From Malacoraja senta (taxonomy: Eukaryota), in assembly GCA_038087875.1 (NCBI GenBank), contig JAXLNO010000652.1, forward strand, positions 1 through 64,000: DNA of 64,000 nucleotides, written 5' to 3'. A model generated the notes under the pieces. That model was not told where the DNA came from and searched no databases. It was given only the letters and a program-made list of their open reading frames with translations. Made by a program: the position numbers and the translations under genes. The first letter of the stretch is position 1, and every line of letters starts with the position of its first letter. Positions 12,824-24,636 of the stretch are shown piece after piece.

Positions 12824-13005
12824 AGGACCTGTCCCACTAACGCTGCAAGGCGTCCATGAAGAAATGGAAAATAACAACTTCTGATGATTGTGTGCGTGGC
12901 AAATCATGATGAATTTTCAACATGTTGCACATTTTCACTGACCTGCAACGATCTATGATGGATGCCGGCAGTCGCCATAAAAGTCGTGTTAGTGGGACAG
13001 GCCCT
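12824..13005. mobile_element. MITE, PIF/Harbinger-like
   Basis: 17-bp TIRs AGGACCTGTCCCACTAA / TTAGTGGGACAGGCCCT (1 mismatch); right flank TAA, left flank TAC. Confidence 0.75.
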
Positions 13006-13819
13006 TAAAGGTATACTACATTAAATAATTTGCAGCATAGCAAAGAGCCATGTATCCCACCTAGTCAAAACAGGCTGAGTAGATGAATCTCAGGTGCTAT
13101 TTCCTTGAACAACTGCACATGTGACGGTACTTTGAGGAAGATTTTCTTGACATTGCCTAGGCGATCGACATTTGGAAACAAGAAAGGAGCACACAGGCAG
13201 TTCAAATATCTGGAGAAACACACCATGACAAACCAGATACTTCTTTAACTGACAAAGAAATACTTTGAATTAAATGAGACCTACAAATAAGGGAACAGTA
13301 GTGAAGTTTGGCCCAGTTTATGCAATGTTTGGCAGAATGGGGAAGATAGTCTAACTCTGGCAGACTCTTCTAGCATCAGAGGACCCAGTCTTTGGAGATC
13401 CTGGGTGGAAACTAACACTAATTGGTCACCCCTTTAGAAAGGAGCAGAGAGGAGAAGAAATGGATTCTGGCAACACAGACACAAACATACTAAACCAAAT
13501 ATAGATTTAGACCAATTCCAAACAAAGCTACAGTTGGGTGAATGGAAGGGGCAAGATTACTTAATTGTAAAGTTAAAATCAACTGTCATGAACATTAAAC
13601 TACTTTCCTTAGGATTACTTTAACCAGGGGATGTAACCTGGTCTAAAACAATGTGCTCGAGCTACTCAGTGGGTCAGGCACCATCGGCCTGCCTGCAAAG
13701 GGAATGGACAGATGTTTCAGGTTGGGATCTTTCTTCTGACTCATGGAGTAGGGCAGAGAAAGTGGAAGTGAAACTAACACTAATTGGTCACCTTCACAAA
13801 AGAGCAGAGAGGAGAGGAA

Positions 13820-14319
13820 ATAGACAATAGACAAAGGAGTAGGCCATTCGGCCCTTCGAGCCAGCACCGCCATTCAATGTGATCATGGCTGATCATCCCC
13901 AATCAGTACCCCGTTCCTGCCTTCTCCCCATATCCCCTGACTCCACTATTTTTAAGAGCCCTATCTAGCTTGCTTGAAAGCATCCTGAGAACCTGCCTCC
14001 ACTGCCCTCTGAGGCAGAGAATTCCACAGACTCACCATTCTCTGTGAGAAAAAGTGTTTCCTCGTCATTGTTCTAAATGGCTTACTCCTTATTCTTAAAC
14101 TGTGGCCCCTGGTTCTGGACTCCCCCAACATCGGGAACATGTTACCTGCCTCTAGCATGTCCAAACCCTTAACTATCTTATACGTTTCAATGAGATGCCC
14201 TCTCATCCTTCTAAACTCCAGAGTGTACAAGCCCAGCTGCTCCATTCTCTCAGCATATGACAGTCCCGCCATCCGTGGAATTAACCTTGTAAACCTATGC
14301 TGCACTCCCTCAATAGCAA
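13820..14319 (-). mobile_element. CR1 (HER1-like) LINE 3' fragment
   Basis: ORF2 C-terminus AIEGVQHRFTRLIP..RRMRGHLIETYKI..TRGH..FFSQR..WNSLP plus 3' UTR and (CTATTGT)n-type tail. Confidence 0.9.
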
Positions 14320-16124
14320 CAAACACTCAAACCAAATGTAGATTTAGGCCATTTCCAAAACTACAGTAGGGTGAATGGCAGGATTGCCAATTGGTAATGA
14401 GTCTTCAAGTGTCATCAACATTAAACTACTTTCCCTGCAACAGCAGCCAACTAGGATTACTTTAACCAGAGGATGTAACCTGGTCCAAAGTGTTGGAGGT
14501 ACTTGGCAGATCAGGCACCATCTACTCGACCACAAAGGGAATGGACAGAAGCTGTTGTTTCATGTTGGGACCCTTCCAGACTGATGGAATCAGGCAGAGA
14601 AAGTGGGAAAGAGGTGGGAGCAGGACAAAGCCTGTTACTACAACAACTGCATCTTATTATATATCAATCTTAACTCATTGAGCTATGCTTTGTTGCTTAT
14701 TGCATGTTTTATTGTTGATTTTTTCATTACTGGTGCTTTGTTGCTTATTGTATGTTTATTACTGATAATATGTGATATTATGTGATGCAAGGTGACCTTG
14801 AGTGTCTTGAAAGGTGCCATTAAACAAAATATATTATTTACGTGATTAGTGGATACAGGGGAGAGAGGGCGATGGGTTGTGACATTGGCTAGGGGTGACA
14901 TGGAGACAAAAGGTGCAACAGATGAGAAGAGTGAAACAAAGCTGGAGGGAGGGATATGGGTGGAAGGGGATAGAGTGAAATATGAGACTGGTTTTGGAGG
15001 TGAACATACAGAGGGAAGGAGCAGAGTGACCAAGGTATTGAGGGAAGTTTCACACCAGGGTCGGGGGGTGCAGGGAAAGAGGGGGTTCCCATCACCAGGG
15101 TGGGGGCTGCAGGGAAAGAGAGGGTTCCCATCACCAGTATGCTGATTTCCCACCTCCATGCCACATTCTGTTTTATCCCCTCCCATGTCCCATTCACCCA
15201 TAAACCTCCCTCTGGCTTCATCTTCCACACCTCTCCCCTTCTTATCCAACATGTTTTATCACTTTCACCTCTGGCCTTTGTCACTTACTCCATCCATCTG
15301 CCAATCACCCACCCCCACATGCCAGGCTTTGCCCCACCCCCACTTTTCATCTTTCTCCCCCCTACTCCAGTCTGTAGGTTTCCAACCCAAAATGCCATCT
15401 GTCTATTTCCCCCACAGATGCTGTCTGACTCTCAGAGTTCCTCCAGCACTTCACCTCAACATTCCAGCACCCTGAAATACAAGGAACGTGACCACAAAGC
15501 AATTAGGAAATTACATTGTTAATCTTTCTCAAAGTTTTATCCTATTGAAACAACAAGAGGTTCTAAACAAGGGCCTTGTCATCATACCATCTCCACAAAG
15601 AATAGATTAGATAGACTTGGTTATAACAAAAAACAGATCACTTTAATGATTGAAATCTCCAGACATCCTTGACCACACCCTCTATCACAAGCAGTCCTTG
15701 GAACAGCAAGTTGACCAAGCCCATCTATCACAAACCATAGAAAACTGGGGACATTAGAAGATCTCCAAAGACCTTGGCACATCAACCAGAAACAAGTAGA
15801 ATAACTGTAGAGGGAGAAACAGCAGCAGGTGAGAAGATTCTACATTCACCTCAAAATATCAAACACTGGATGGACAGGGCCTGGAAAAATAACTCTAGGC
15901 CCAATGTTTCAAGGTCAGTTTATCATCACATGTACCAATTAAGGTACAGTGAAATATGCCTGCAGTCGCAAATCCTACAGGGAAGAAGAATACATTGACT
16001 ATTTTCATAATCAAGCTGGCACAGCAACATGTCAGCTATATCAAAGACAACACTTCACACAAACAGTGAACTCCCCGACTGAGCTGCCCAACGCTGTATT
16101 CTTTACGATGGGCATCAAACGTGA

Positions 16125-16345
16125 CCCACTGAGTTACTCCAGCACTCTGTGAAACGTCACCTATCCATGTTCTCCACAGATGCTGCCTGACCCACTGAGT
16201 TACTCCAGCACTCTGTGAAACGTCACCTATCCATGTTCTCCACAGATGCTGCCTGACCCGCCGAGTTACTCCAGCACTCTGTGAAACGTCACCTATCCAT
16301 GTTCTCCACAGATGCTGCCTGACCCGCTGAGTTACTCCAGCATTT
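16125..16345 (+). repeat. Tandem 66-bp PLE-tail units (three full units plus a partial)
   Basis: GAAACGTCAC at 16151, 16217 and 16283 (period 66); similar runs at 16760-16885, 27720-27895 and 41900-42090. Confidence 0.92.
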
Positions 16346-17164
16346 TATCTTTTGAGCAAGAGCATTCAAATATCTTTACAAATCTCTACAACTGTCTGAC
16401 CAGTCCAAAGCTCAATGAATGACCACTCCACACATCACACAGATTCCTTTCACCTGAAAGTCCTTCATAAGAAGTCATAATAAACAAGCTTCGATTAGGG
16501 TAGTTAACATTAACCATTTCACACAAGTGGTTGACAACTAATTCACATTAACTTTCCTCAATCTAGTACAATCCACTTTAAATTCCTCGCTGTCCTCTTA
16601 ATCATAACAATTAGTCATCAACTGAAAACCAGTCTTCATAAAGTGCCCCAATTAAAACACAATTGGACATCTATCCAGGAGACAAATTAATTCTTGCTAC
16701 TGCCTTCATGAAGTAAATGGAACCACACCCAGAAATCAGTCTGAGACTCCCAACCCAAAATCTCACCTATCCATGTTCTCCACAGATGCTGCCTGACCCG
16801 CTGAGTTACTCCAGCACTCCGTGAAACATCACCTATCCATGTTCTCCACAGATGCTGCCTGACCCGCTGGGTTACTCCAGCACTTTGTGTCTTTTTTTTG
16901 TAAACCAGCACCTGTAGTTCCTTGATTTTCATCCCAAATCTTCCCTGGTTTCAGTGCTTTTACTAAGTTTGGCATCTGAGCAATGGGTGCATTACACGGA
17001 AACGAAAAAGGTCACAGAGCAACAAAGAACCATTTTGCAGTAAAGAGCACAATATCTAATTTGTAGACAGCGCTCCCAATGTGCAGTGAATTCACATAAC
17101 AGGTCGCTCCAATTTGTGGTCAAAACTCCCACCGTGTGGTTTAAGAGAGAACGGCAGACGCTGG

Positions 17165-17500
17165 AAAAATCAAAGGTGGACAAAAATGCTGGAGTAACTC
17201 ACCAGGTCAGGCAGCATCTATGGAGAGAAGGAATAGGCGACGTTTCAGGCCAAGACCCTTCTTCAGACTGGTGTGGGGGTCGGGATAAAGAAAGGAAGAG
17301 GCGGAGACAGTAGGCTGTGGGAAAGCTGGGAAGGATGGAGAAACCACTGAAATTGAAGAATGGGAAGATGAGGCCAGTGGTGGGATCCCGTTGGAGGTGG
17401 CAAAAATGTCAGAGGATTATCAGTTGTATGTGAGGGCTGGTAAGGTGGAAGGTTAGGACATGGGGGACTCTGTCCCTGTTACGAGTAGGGGGGATGGGGA
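17165..17500 (-). mobile_element. PLE 3' fragment with intact hammerhead core
   Basis: Reverse complement of 17236-17270 is CAGT-CTGAAGA-A-GGGTC(TT)GGCCT-GAAACGTC-GCC; 17360-17480 is antisense to PLE coding sequence at ~545-665. Confidence 0.8.
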
Positions 17501-17877
17501 GTAAGGGCAGAGCTACGGAATATAAAGGAGACCATGATGAGAGTACTGGAGAAACTCAGCAGGTCAGGCACCATCTCTGGAGGAAAAGGATGGGTGATAT
17601 TTTGGGTAAGAACCCTTCTTCTATTCCATCCCAAAATCACTTGTTTCTCCAGAGATGTTGCCTGACCCACTCAGTCACTCCAGCAATGTGTCTATCTTTG
17701 GTATAAACCAGCATCTACAGGTCTTTGTTTCAATATTTACATCAGCCAGATTAAATTTCAGTTGTGATAAGGTTAGGATATCATCACTTTAGTAAAGATA
17801 CATCCTTTTATTTCTGACACTGTGCCCTTGGGTCCGAGACTCTCCTACTAGTAGAAACATCCTTTTAGTTCGGAGAT

Positions 17878-18316
17878 AGAAACATATAAAATAGGTGCAG
17901 GAGGCCATTCGGCCCGTCGAGCCAGCACCGCCATTCATTGTGATCATGGCTGATCGTCCCCTATCAATAACCCGTGCCTGCCTTCTCCCCATATCCCTTG
18001 ACTCCACTAGCCCCTAGAGCTCTATCTAACTCTCTCTTAAATCCATCCAGTGATTTGGCCTCCACTGCCCTCTGTGGCAGGGAATTCCTCAAATTCACAA
18101 CTCTCTGGGTGAAAACGTTTTTTCTCACCACAGTCTTAAATGACCTCCCCTTTATTCTAAGACTGTGTGTGGCCCCTGGTTCAGGACTCGCCCAACATTG
18201 GGAACATTTTTCCTGCATCTAGCTTGTCCAGTCCTTTTATAAGTTTCTATAAGATTCCCCCTCATCCTTCTAAACTCCAGTGAATACAAGCCCAGTCTTT
18301 TCAATCTTTCCTCATA
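17878..18316 (-). mobile_element. CR1 LINE 3' fragment
   Basis: HSLRIKGRSFKT..FTQRVVNLRNSLPQ..FKRELD in ORF 17964-18218; homologous to 36976-37420. Confidence 0.9.
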
Positions 18317-18502
18317 CAGCACAGAATCAGCACAATTCCAGTTGCACCAGAAAAAAAATAATCATTAAAATCCCTGGACACTTCAAATGACACAATTAAA
18401 AGGAAAGTCACCACAATTAATCAAAGAAGCAAACACAATTCAGTAGAGAGCGATAGTGTTCTCACCAACCTCACGCCCTGGAGATGTAGATCCACATCAG
18501 AC

Positions 18503-18645
18503 ACAAGGGGAGACTCCCTGTCTCTACCCTGAGCAAAAGGAGAGGCCCCCTGTCTCTACCCTGAGCACTGCTTACAAGGGGAGACTCCCTGTCTCTACCC
18601 AGAACACAAAAACAGACTCCCTGTCTCTACACTGACCACTGCTCC
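18503..18645. repeat. Four short diverged tandem units (AGACTCCCTGTCTCTAC core)
   Basis: CCCTGTCTCTAC core at ~18517, ~18548, ~18587 and ~18619. Confidence 0.8.
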
Positions 18646-18934
18646 CCAGGACAACTGCTTCCACCCACTGTTCCTCACAACAGCCCAGGACAACTGCACT
18701 CAGACACTCCCACAACTCCCCCTTTTATACACAGCTGACAATTTTCTAATCAGCTTCAATCAAGCCAATAACCACATTCACCAGTGGCCAATCAATGTTT
18801 GTTGCACACATCATGATACCCACCTGGGGCAGTAGTTGTCTGCAGGACAATAATTGTCCTCTGTTGACTCAATGGTCTTTACACAAAGTGGCTGCTTGCA
18901 TTTCCTTAAGTCAGAGAAGAACATAGCATGCAGA

Positions 18935-19238
18935 ATCAGAATTAGGCCATTCGGCCCATCGAGACTACTCTACCATTCAATCACGGCTGATCTATCTCTC
19001 CCTCCCAACCCCATTCTCCTGCCCATAACCCCTGACACCCGTACTAATCAAGAATCTATCTATCTCTGCCTTAAATATATCCACTGACTTGGCCTCCACC
19101 GTCGTCTGTGGCAATGAATCCCACAGATTCACAACCCTCTGGCTACACAAATTCCTCTTCATCTCCTTCCTAAAGGAATGTCCTTTAATTCTGAGGCTGT
19201 GCCCTCTGGTCCTAGACTCTCCCACTAGTGGAAACATC
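18935..19238 (-). mobile_element. CR1 LINE 3' fragment
   Basis: MFPLVGESRTRGHSLRIKG..SQRVVNLWDSLP (ORF 18992-19240). Confidence 0.88.
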
Positions 19239-19239
19239 A

Positions 19240-19527
19240 TTTTAGTTTAGTTTAGAGATACAGCACGGAAGCAGGCCCTTCGGCCACAGAGTCCATACCG
19301 ACCAGCGATCACCCCGTACACTAGGGAATTTTACAATTACCGAATTATCAAAAGCAATTAACCTACAAACCTGCACGTGTTTGGAGTGTGGGATGAAACC
19401 GGAGCACCCGGAGAAAACCCACGCAGGTCATGGAGAGAAGGTGCAAACTCTGTACAGACAGCACTCGTAGTCAGGATGGAACCCGGGTCTCTGGCGCTGT
19501 GAGGCAGCAACACCACCGTGCCGACCC
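19240..19527 (-). mobile_element. HE1-type tRNA-derived SINE
   Basis: tRNA-like head at 19470-19525 on the minus strand, CR1-type tail and (CTAAA)n terminus. Confidence 0.88.
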
Positions 19528-19614
19528 ATTTTGTGTTATTTTTCTATCCACGATTCAATTTTTTATTCCACACCAGCTCGCTGGTTCGCAAACTGTTCAC
19601 ATTGAGAATGTTAA

Positions 19615-21283
19615 CCTAAGGGGAAACATTTCCACACAGAGGGTGGTGGGTGTATAGAATGTGCTGCCGGAGGAGATAGTTGAGGCTGGGACTATCAGAA
19701 CCCTTGGACAGGTACAGGGATAGCACAGGTTTGGAGCGATATGGGACAAACACGGGCAGGTGGGACTTCTGTAAATGGGGCATGTTGGCCGGTGTGGGCA
19801 AGTTGGGCTGAAGGGCCTGTTTCTGTGACTCTGGGACTAGTGTAGATGGGACATGTTGGCCAGTGTGGGCAAGTTGGGCCAAAGGGCCTGTTTCTGTGAC
19901 TCTGGGACTAGTGTAGATGGGACATGTTGGCCAGTGTGGGCAAGTTGGGCCAAAGGGCCTGTTTCTGTGACTCTGGGACTAGTGTAGATGGGACATGTTG
20001 GTGGGCATGGGGCAAGTTGGGCTGAAGGGCCTGTTTCCGTCACTCTGCGACTGGTGTAGATGGGACATGTTGGCCAGTGTGGGCAAGTTGGGCCAAAGGG
20101 CCTGTTTCTGTGACTCTGGGACTAGTGTAGATGGGACATGTTGGTGGGCATGGGGCAAGTTGGGCTGAAGGGCCTGTTTCCGTCACTCTGTGACTAGTGT
20201 AGATGGAACATGTTGGTGGGCACGGAGCAAGTTGGGCTGAAGGGCCTGTTTCCGTGACTCTGTGACTAGTGTAGATGGGACATGTTGGCCAGTGTGGGCA
20301 AGTTGGGCCAAAGGGCCTGTTTCCATGCTGGGTGACTCTGTAACAAGTGTAGATGGGACATGTTGGTGGGCATGGGGCAAGTTGGGATGAAGGGCCTGTT
20401 TCCGTGCTGGTTGACTCTGTGACTAGTGTAGATTGGACATGTTGGTGGGCATGGGGCAAGTTGGGATGAAGGGCCTGTTTCTGTGCTGGGTGACTCTGTA
20501 ACTAGTGTAGATGGGACATGTTGGTGGGCATGGGGCAAGTTGGGCTGAAGGGCCTGTTTCTGTGCTGGGTGACTCTGTGACTGGTGTAGATGGGACATGT
20601 TGGTGGGCATGGGGCAAGTTGGGATGAAGGGCCTGTTTCCGTGCTGGTTGACTCTGTGACTAGTGTAGATGGGACATGTTCGTGGGCATGGGGCAAGTTG
20701 GGCTGAAGGGCCTGTTTCCGTGCTGGTTGACTCTGTGACTAGTGTAGATGGGACATGTTGGTGGGCATGGGGCAAGTTGGGATGAAGGGCCTGTTTCCGT
20801 GCTGGGTGACTCTGTGACTGGTGCAGATGGGACATGTTGGTGGGCATGGGGCAAGTTGGGCTGAAGGGCCTGTTTCCGTGCTGGGTGACTCTGTAACTAG
20901 TGTAGATGGGACATGTTGGCCAGTGTGGGCAAGTTGGGCCAAAGGGCCTGTTTCCATGCTGGGTGACTCTGTAACTAGTGTAGATGGGACATGTTGGTGG
21001 GCATGGGGCAAGTTGGGCTGAAGGGCCTGTTTCCGTGCTGGGTGACTCTGTAACTAGTGTAGATGGGACATGTTGGCCAGTGTGGGCAAGTTGGGCCAAA
21101 GGGCCTGTTTCCATGCTGGGTGAGTCTGTAACTAGTGTAGATGGGACATGTTGGTGGGCATGGGGCAAGTTGGGCTGAAGGGCCTGTTTCTGTGCTGGGT
21201 GACTCTGTGACTGGTGTAGATGGGACATGTTGGTGGGCATGGGGCAAGTTGGGCTGAAGGGCCTGCTTCCGTGCTGGGTGACT
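19615..21283 (+). repeat. CR1 3' fragment followed by ~20 tandem copies (71-79 bp) of its own 3' terminal segment
   Basis: Unit ACTAGTGTAGATGGGACATGTTGG..GGGCAAGTTGGG..AAGGGCCTGTTTC..TGACTCT; two interleaved sequence variants. Confidence 0.93.
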
Positions 21284-21608
21284 ACCATTCTGAACTTCCA
21301 AGAGTAACACCCCCCTTTCTCTGCATCACTTATTGTTAATAATGAAAGTTTACATTTGCTGTTGAGAAACATAGAAAAATAGGTGCAGGAGTAGGCCAAT
21401 TATTTTACTTCGGAGTCGCGTGAGTGACTACGTGAGGAAGACCCGTCAGGGCGCCTGCGCATCATTACGTCAGACGCATTGGCGCGAACGAACGTGAGGA
21501 GCTCCTCTAGTGGAAATGTAGTTGTAAACTATAAGGTAAGTAAAAACTTTTTTCGATATTTCCGTGTCCGTTTGCTGTGGGTCTGTGGGGACTTTTTCCA
21601 CAGGCGCC

Positions 21609-22676
21609 ATGGAAAAAACGGGCAAGGGGAGGAGGCGAGCGGCACAGCCGGTAGAAAGTCGCGATATTGCGGTTGGCGACCAGCCGTCTCTGACCCTGGT
21701 ACAGTCGCTGTCGGAGAGCATAGCGACTGTGGACTTGGGGCTAAAAAGAACGCAGTCAGCGCCAGTGGGGCGCAAGGCTAAATTCAAGTCCATACGGCCC
21801 ACGGAGGAGGAGTCCGAAGAGATGGAGTTAACTCCAGGGCTGGATTCCGCTTTTGAGCGGATCTCCAAAATGGAAAGCCTTATACACAGGCTGTTGGAGA
21901 AAAGCACACTCAGAGAAGAGTGTAGCAAAAGCCAGGCTGCAGAAGCCAGCTCAGCAGCACCTAGCGAAGGGCTGTTGGAATGCACCCTCATTGATGAGGC
22001 GCGGCACAGGGTCATGAGAGTTCAGACCCCGACTCTGACGGTGAGGCTGTTCTAGGCGAAGAACGGCAGCTGCCAGATATTCCACCTCTGGCAGTACGAT
22101 TCGCTGCCCCGTCAGGGTCAGGAGAGCCACTAGGAGAGGAGTTGGCCTCCCTAATCAATTACTTGGTATCCCATCAGCTGGAACAGCTTGAAATGGATGA
22201 CACTGCAAAAAAGCATGAGACTCCAAGTAACTGTGTGTTGTTAAAGGCACCAGCAGTAAACCAAGTGATCTGGAGTCAAATGAGCATGAGTATGAGAGCT
22301 CAGGAAGCTGCAGAGAATATTAAAGCTGCTGGGTTCTGGAATAACTGCATTTGCCAGAATAACGGATAAAGGCCAGGAGATGACGGAGTTGCATCAAGAG
22401 GCACTGGGGTTCCTATGTAGCGCCCACTTCGAGATTAATTGTCTGAGGAAGTGTGCTATCCGGCCTACTATCAATCCCAAATTCGCAGCACTCTGTAAAC
22501 CAAGTAATATACAACTACCCAACTTACTCTTTGGAGAGGATCTCAGGAGACGTGTGAAGGAGTTGGAGGATGAAGCGAAAACAGCCAGATTGAAGAAAAC
22601 ATCGATGGTTGGCAAGTCTGTAAAGAGGAGGTATCCTTTCAGACGTCATACTGATCCTGGACCAGGAACAAGTTGA
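21609..22676 (+). pseudogene. DIRS gag-like ORF1 (disrupted)
   Basis: Fragments 21609-22055, 22142-22369 (PSNCVLLKAPAVNQVIW) and 22380-22676 (LRKCAIRP..NLLFGEDL) in ORF1 position. Confidence 0.75.
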
Positions 22677-22727
22677 TCATCATCGCAGGGACGTAGTTGG
22701 CGACCTGCACCGGGAGCACGAACAAGC

Positions 22728-24634
22728 GTGGATCTGCCCGCCAGAAGCCAGGGACCACAGGTCACTCAAGTGACTAAGGAGTTAGGTGGACCTGGTTCTC
22801 ATGGGAACATACAGCCAAAAGTTGGAGGCAGATTACATCTCTTCTATAAAAGTTGGAAGCTGATTACTTCAGACTTTGTTATTCTGAATATTATACAAGG
22901 ATTTCCAATTGAATTCGATCCAAGTTATGATTTGCCCATCCAGCATGTTCCTAGCAGAATCCTCCACTTTTCACAAAAAGAAGTGACGGAGGTTCAAGCT
23001 GAACTTGAAAACCTATATAATAAAGGTGTTATTGAAAAGTCAGTTTATCAAACTCACCAATTTGTGTCAAATATATTTCCTCGACCTAAAAGGGATGGAG
23101 GATGTAGAATTATTTTGGACTTGACAAGTCTTAATCCTTTTGTTCAATTTAGACACTTTAAAATGGAGACGTTTGTGACTGCCAAGCAGCTTATTTCAAA
23201 AGCATGTTATATGGCAACTATAGATCTAAAAGATGCATATTATTCAGTGTCTGTTCATTTGGAAGATAGAAAGTATCTAACATTTACCTGGATGAACCAG
23301 TTATGGCAGTTTAAGGCTCTGCCTAATGGGTTAACCAGCTCCCAGAATATTCACTAAATTGTTAAAACCAATTCTGGGATTGCTGAGAAGCCAGGGGCAT
23401 GTACTAATGGCATACTTGGATGATGTCCTGATTATAGGACGGACAAAAGAGTCAACAGAATTATCTGTTTCAGTTGTGAAATCCACTTTTGAAAGCTTGG
23501 GGTTTCTAATTCATCCAACAAAATCAAGGTTAATACCATGCACATCAATTGATTATTTGGGGTTCACAATTGATTCAGTTCACATGAAAATTACTTTGCC
23601 CAGTGAAAAAAGGGTGGAGTTGATTGATGATTGCAGTAATCTGTTAAACGAGCAAAAACCTTCAATCAGACATGTGGCTAGAGTACTGGGGAAATTAGTA
23701 GCAGCATTCCCAGCAGTACAATATGGGCCATTACATTACCAACAGTTACAGAGAGCTAAAGAACAGGCACTGAGGACGCATGGTGGTCATTTGCAGTGTC
23801 TCAAGCAGTTTCAGCAAAGTACTGATTGAACAGCCTTCCATGATATTACAAACTGATGTCAGTGCACTAGGATGGGGTGCAACTGATTTGGTATCCAGCT
23901 GCGGAGGCAGATGGAATCAGGAAGAGTCATTGTTACTGCAGACATGGGGAATTAACTATTTGGAGCTTTTAGGAGGTTTCTATGGACTCCAAGCGTATTG
24001 TTCTAAAACGACTAACCTGCATGTTCGATTTCAAATTGATAACACAACAGCAGTTGCCTATATTAATCATATGGGTGGAATCAAGTCGGTGTCATGTGAC
24101 AAATTGGCTAATCAAATCTGGTCGGTGTATTGAAAAGAATATTTGGATTTCAGCTACTCATCTACCAGGTAGATTGAATATTATAGCAGACACCAGGTCA
24201 AGAAAATTCCATGATAACAAAGAATGGATGTTGAATCGAGATGTATTCAATGACAGTAATCAGTTTTGGAATGCCAGATATCGACTTATTCGCATCTAGA
24301 CTAAATCATCAGCTATCGAGATATGTTTCATGGGAACCAGATCCAGATGCAGTAGCGATTGATGCTTTCTCGCTACATTGGGGTGGTATGTTTTTATATG
24401 CATTTCCACCTTTCTGCCTCATAAGTCGGTGTTTGCTTAAAATCAGGCAAGATACCGCTTCAGGGGTACTAGTGGTACCAGATTGGCCTACACAGCCATG
24501 GTTTCCTTTAATATTAGAATTGACGACACATCCTTTGATGAAAGTCCCAAAAAGAAGGGATTTACTGCTGCATCCGGTAACAGGAGAAACATCCATTATA
24601 TGATCGTTTGGATTTGTTAATTTGCAGGTTTTAA
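22728..24634 (+). pseudogene. DIRS pol: reverse transcriptase, RNase H and DNA adenine-methyltransferase-like domain (frameshifted)
   Basis: PKRDGGCRIILDL, IDLKDAYYSV, QFKALPNGL, AYLDDVLI; RNase H QTDVSALGWG / INYLELL / IDNTTAVAYIN / NIIADTRSR; MT DIDLFAS..DAFSLHW..YAFPPF..PDWPTQPWFP; shifted end HPLYDRLDLLICRF* at 24634. Confidence 0.95.
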
Positions 24635-24636
24635 GA

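Larger units (their letters stand above)
1900..16690 (+). mobile_element. Dispersed relics of an older, highly decayed PLE family within a diverged multi-copy local duplication
   Basis: Short translatable motifs: VMGKKFAPAHANI (~2448-2486, cf. PLE RT GTAMGxxFAPxYAN) and NLSQTFIHTEAQEKGLNRGLNFVP (~12454-12525, cf. PLE N-terminal NLSxxxL..E..L.KGL.F.P), the latter echoed at ~6526 and ~15521; 2370-2570 is homologous to 13215-13418. Confidence 0.5.

Noticed and set aside
19616..21399. Repetitive ORFs up to 377 aa on the minus strand
   Set aside because: They are translations of the LINE-tail tandem array; unit lengths shift frame.
24241..24603. Bacterial or phage methyltransferase and integrase contamination
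   Set aside because: The MT and YR domains lie in canonical order inside a DIRS element bounded by ITRs and an ICR.
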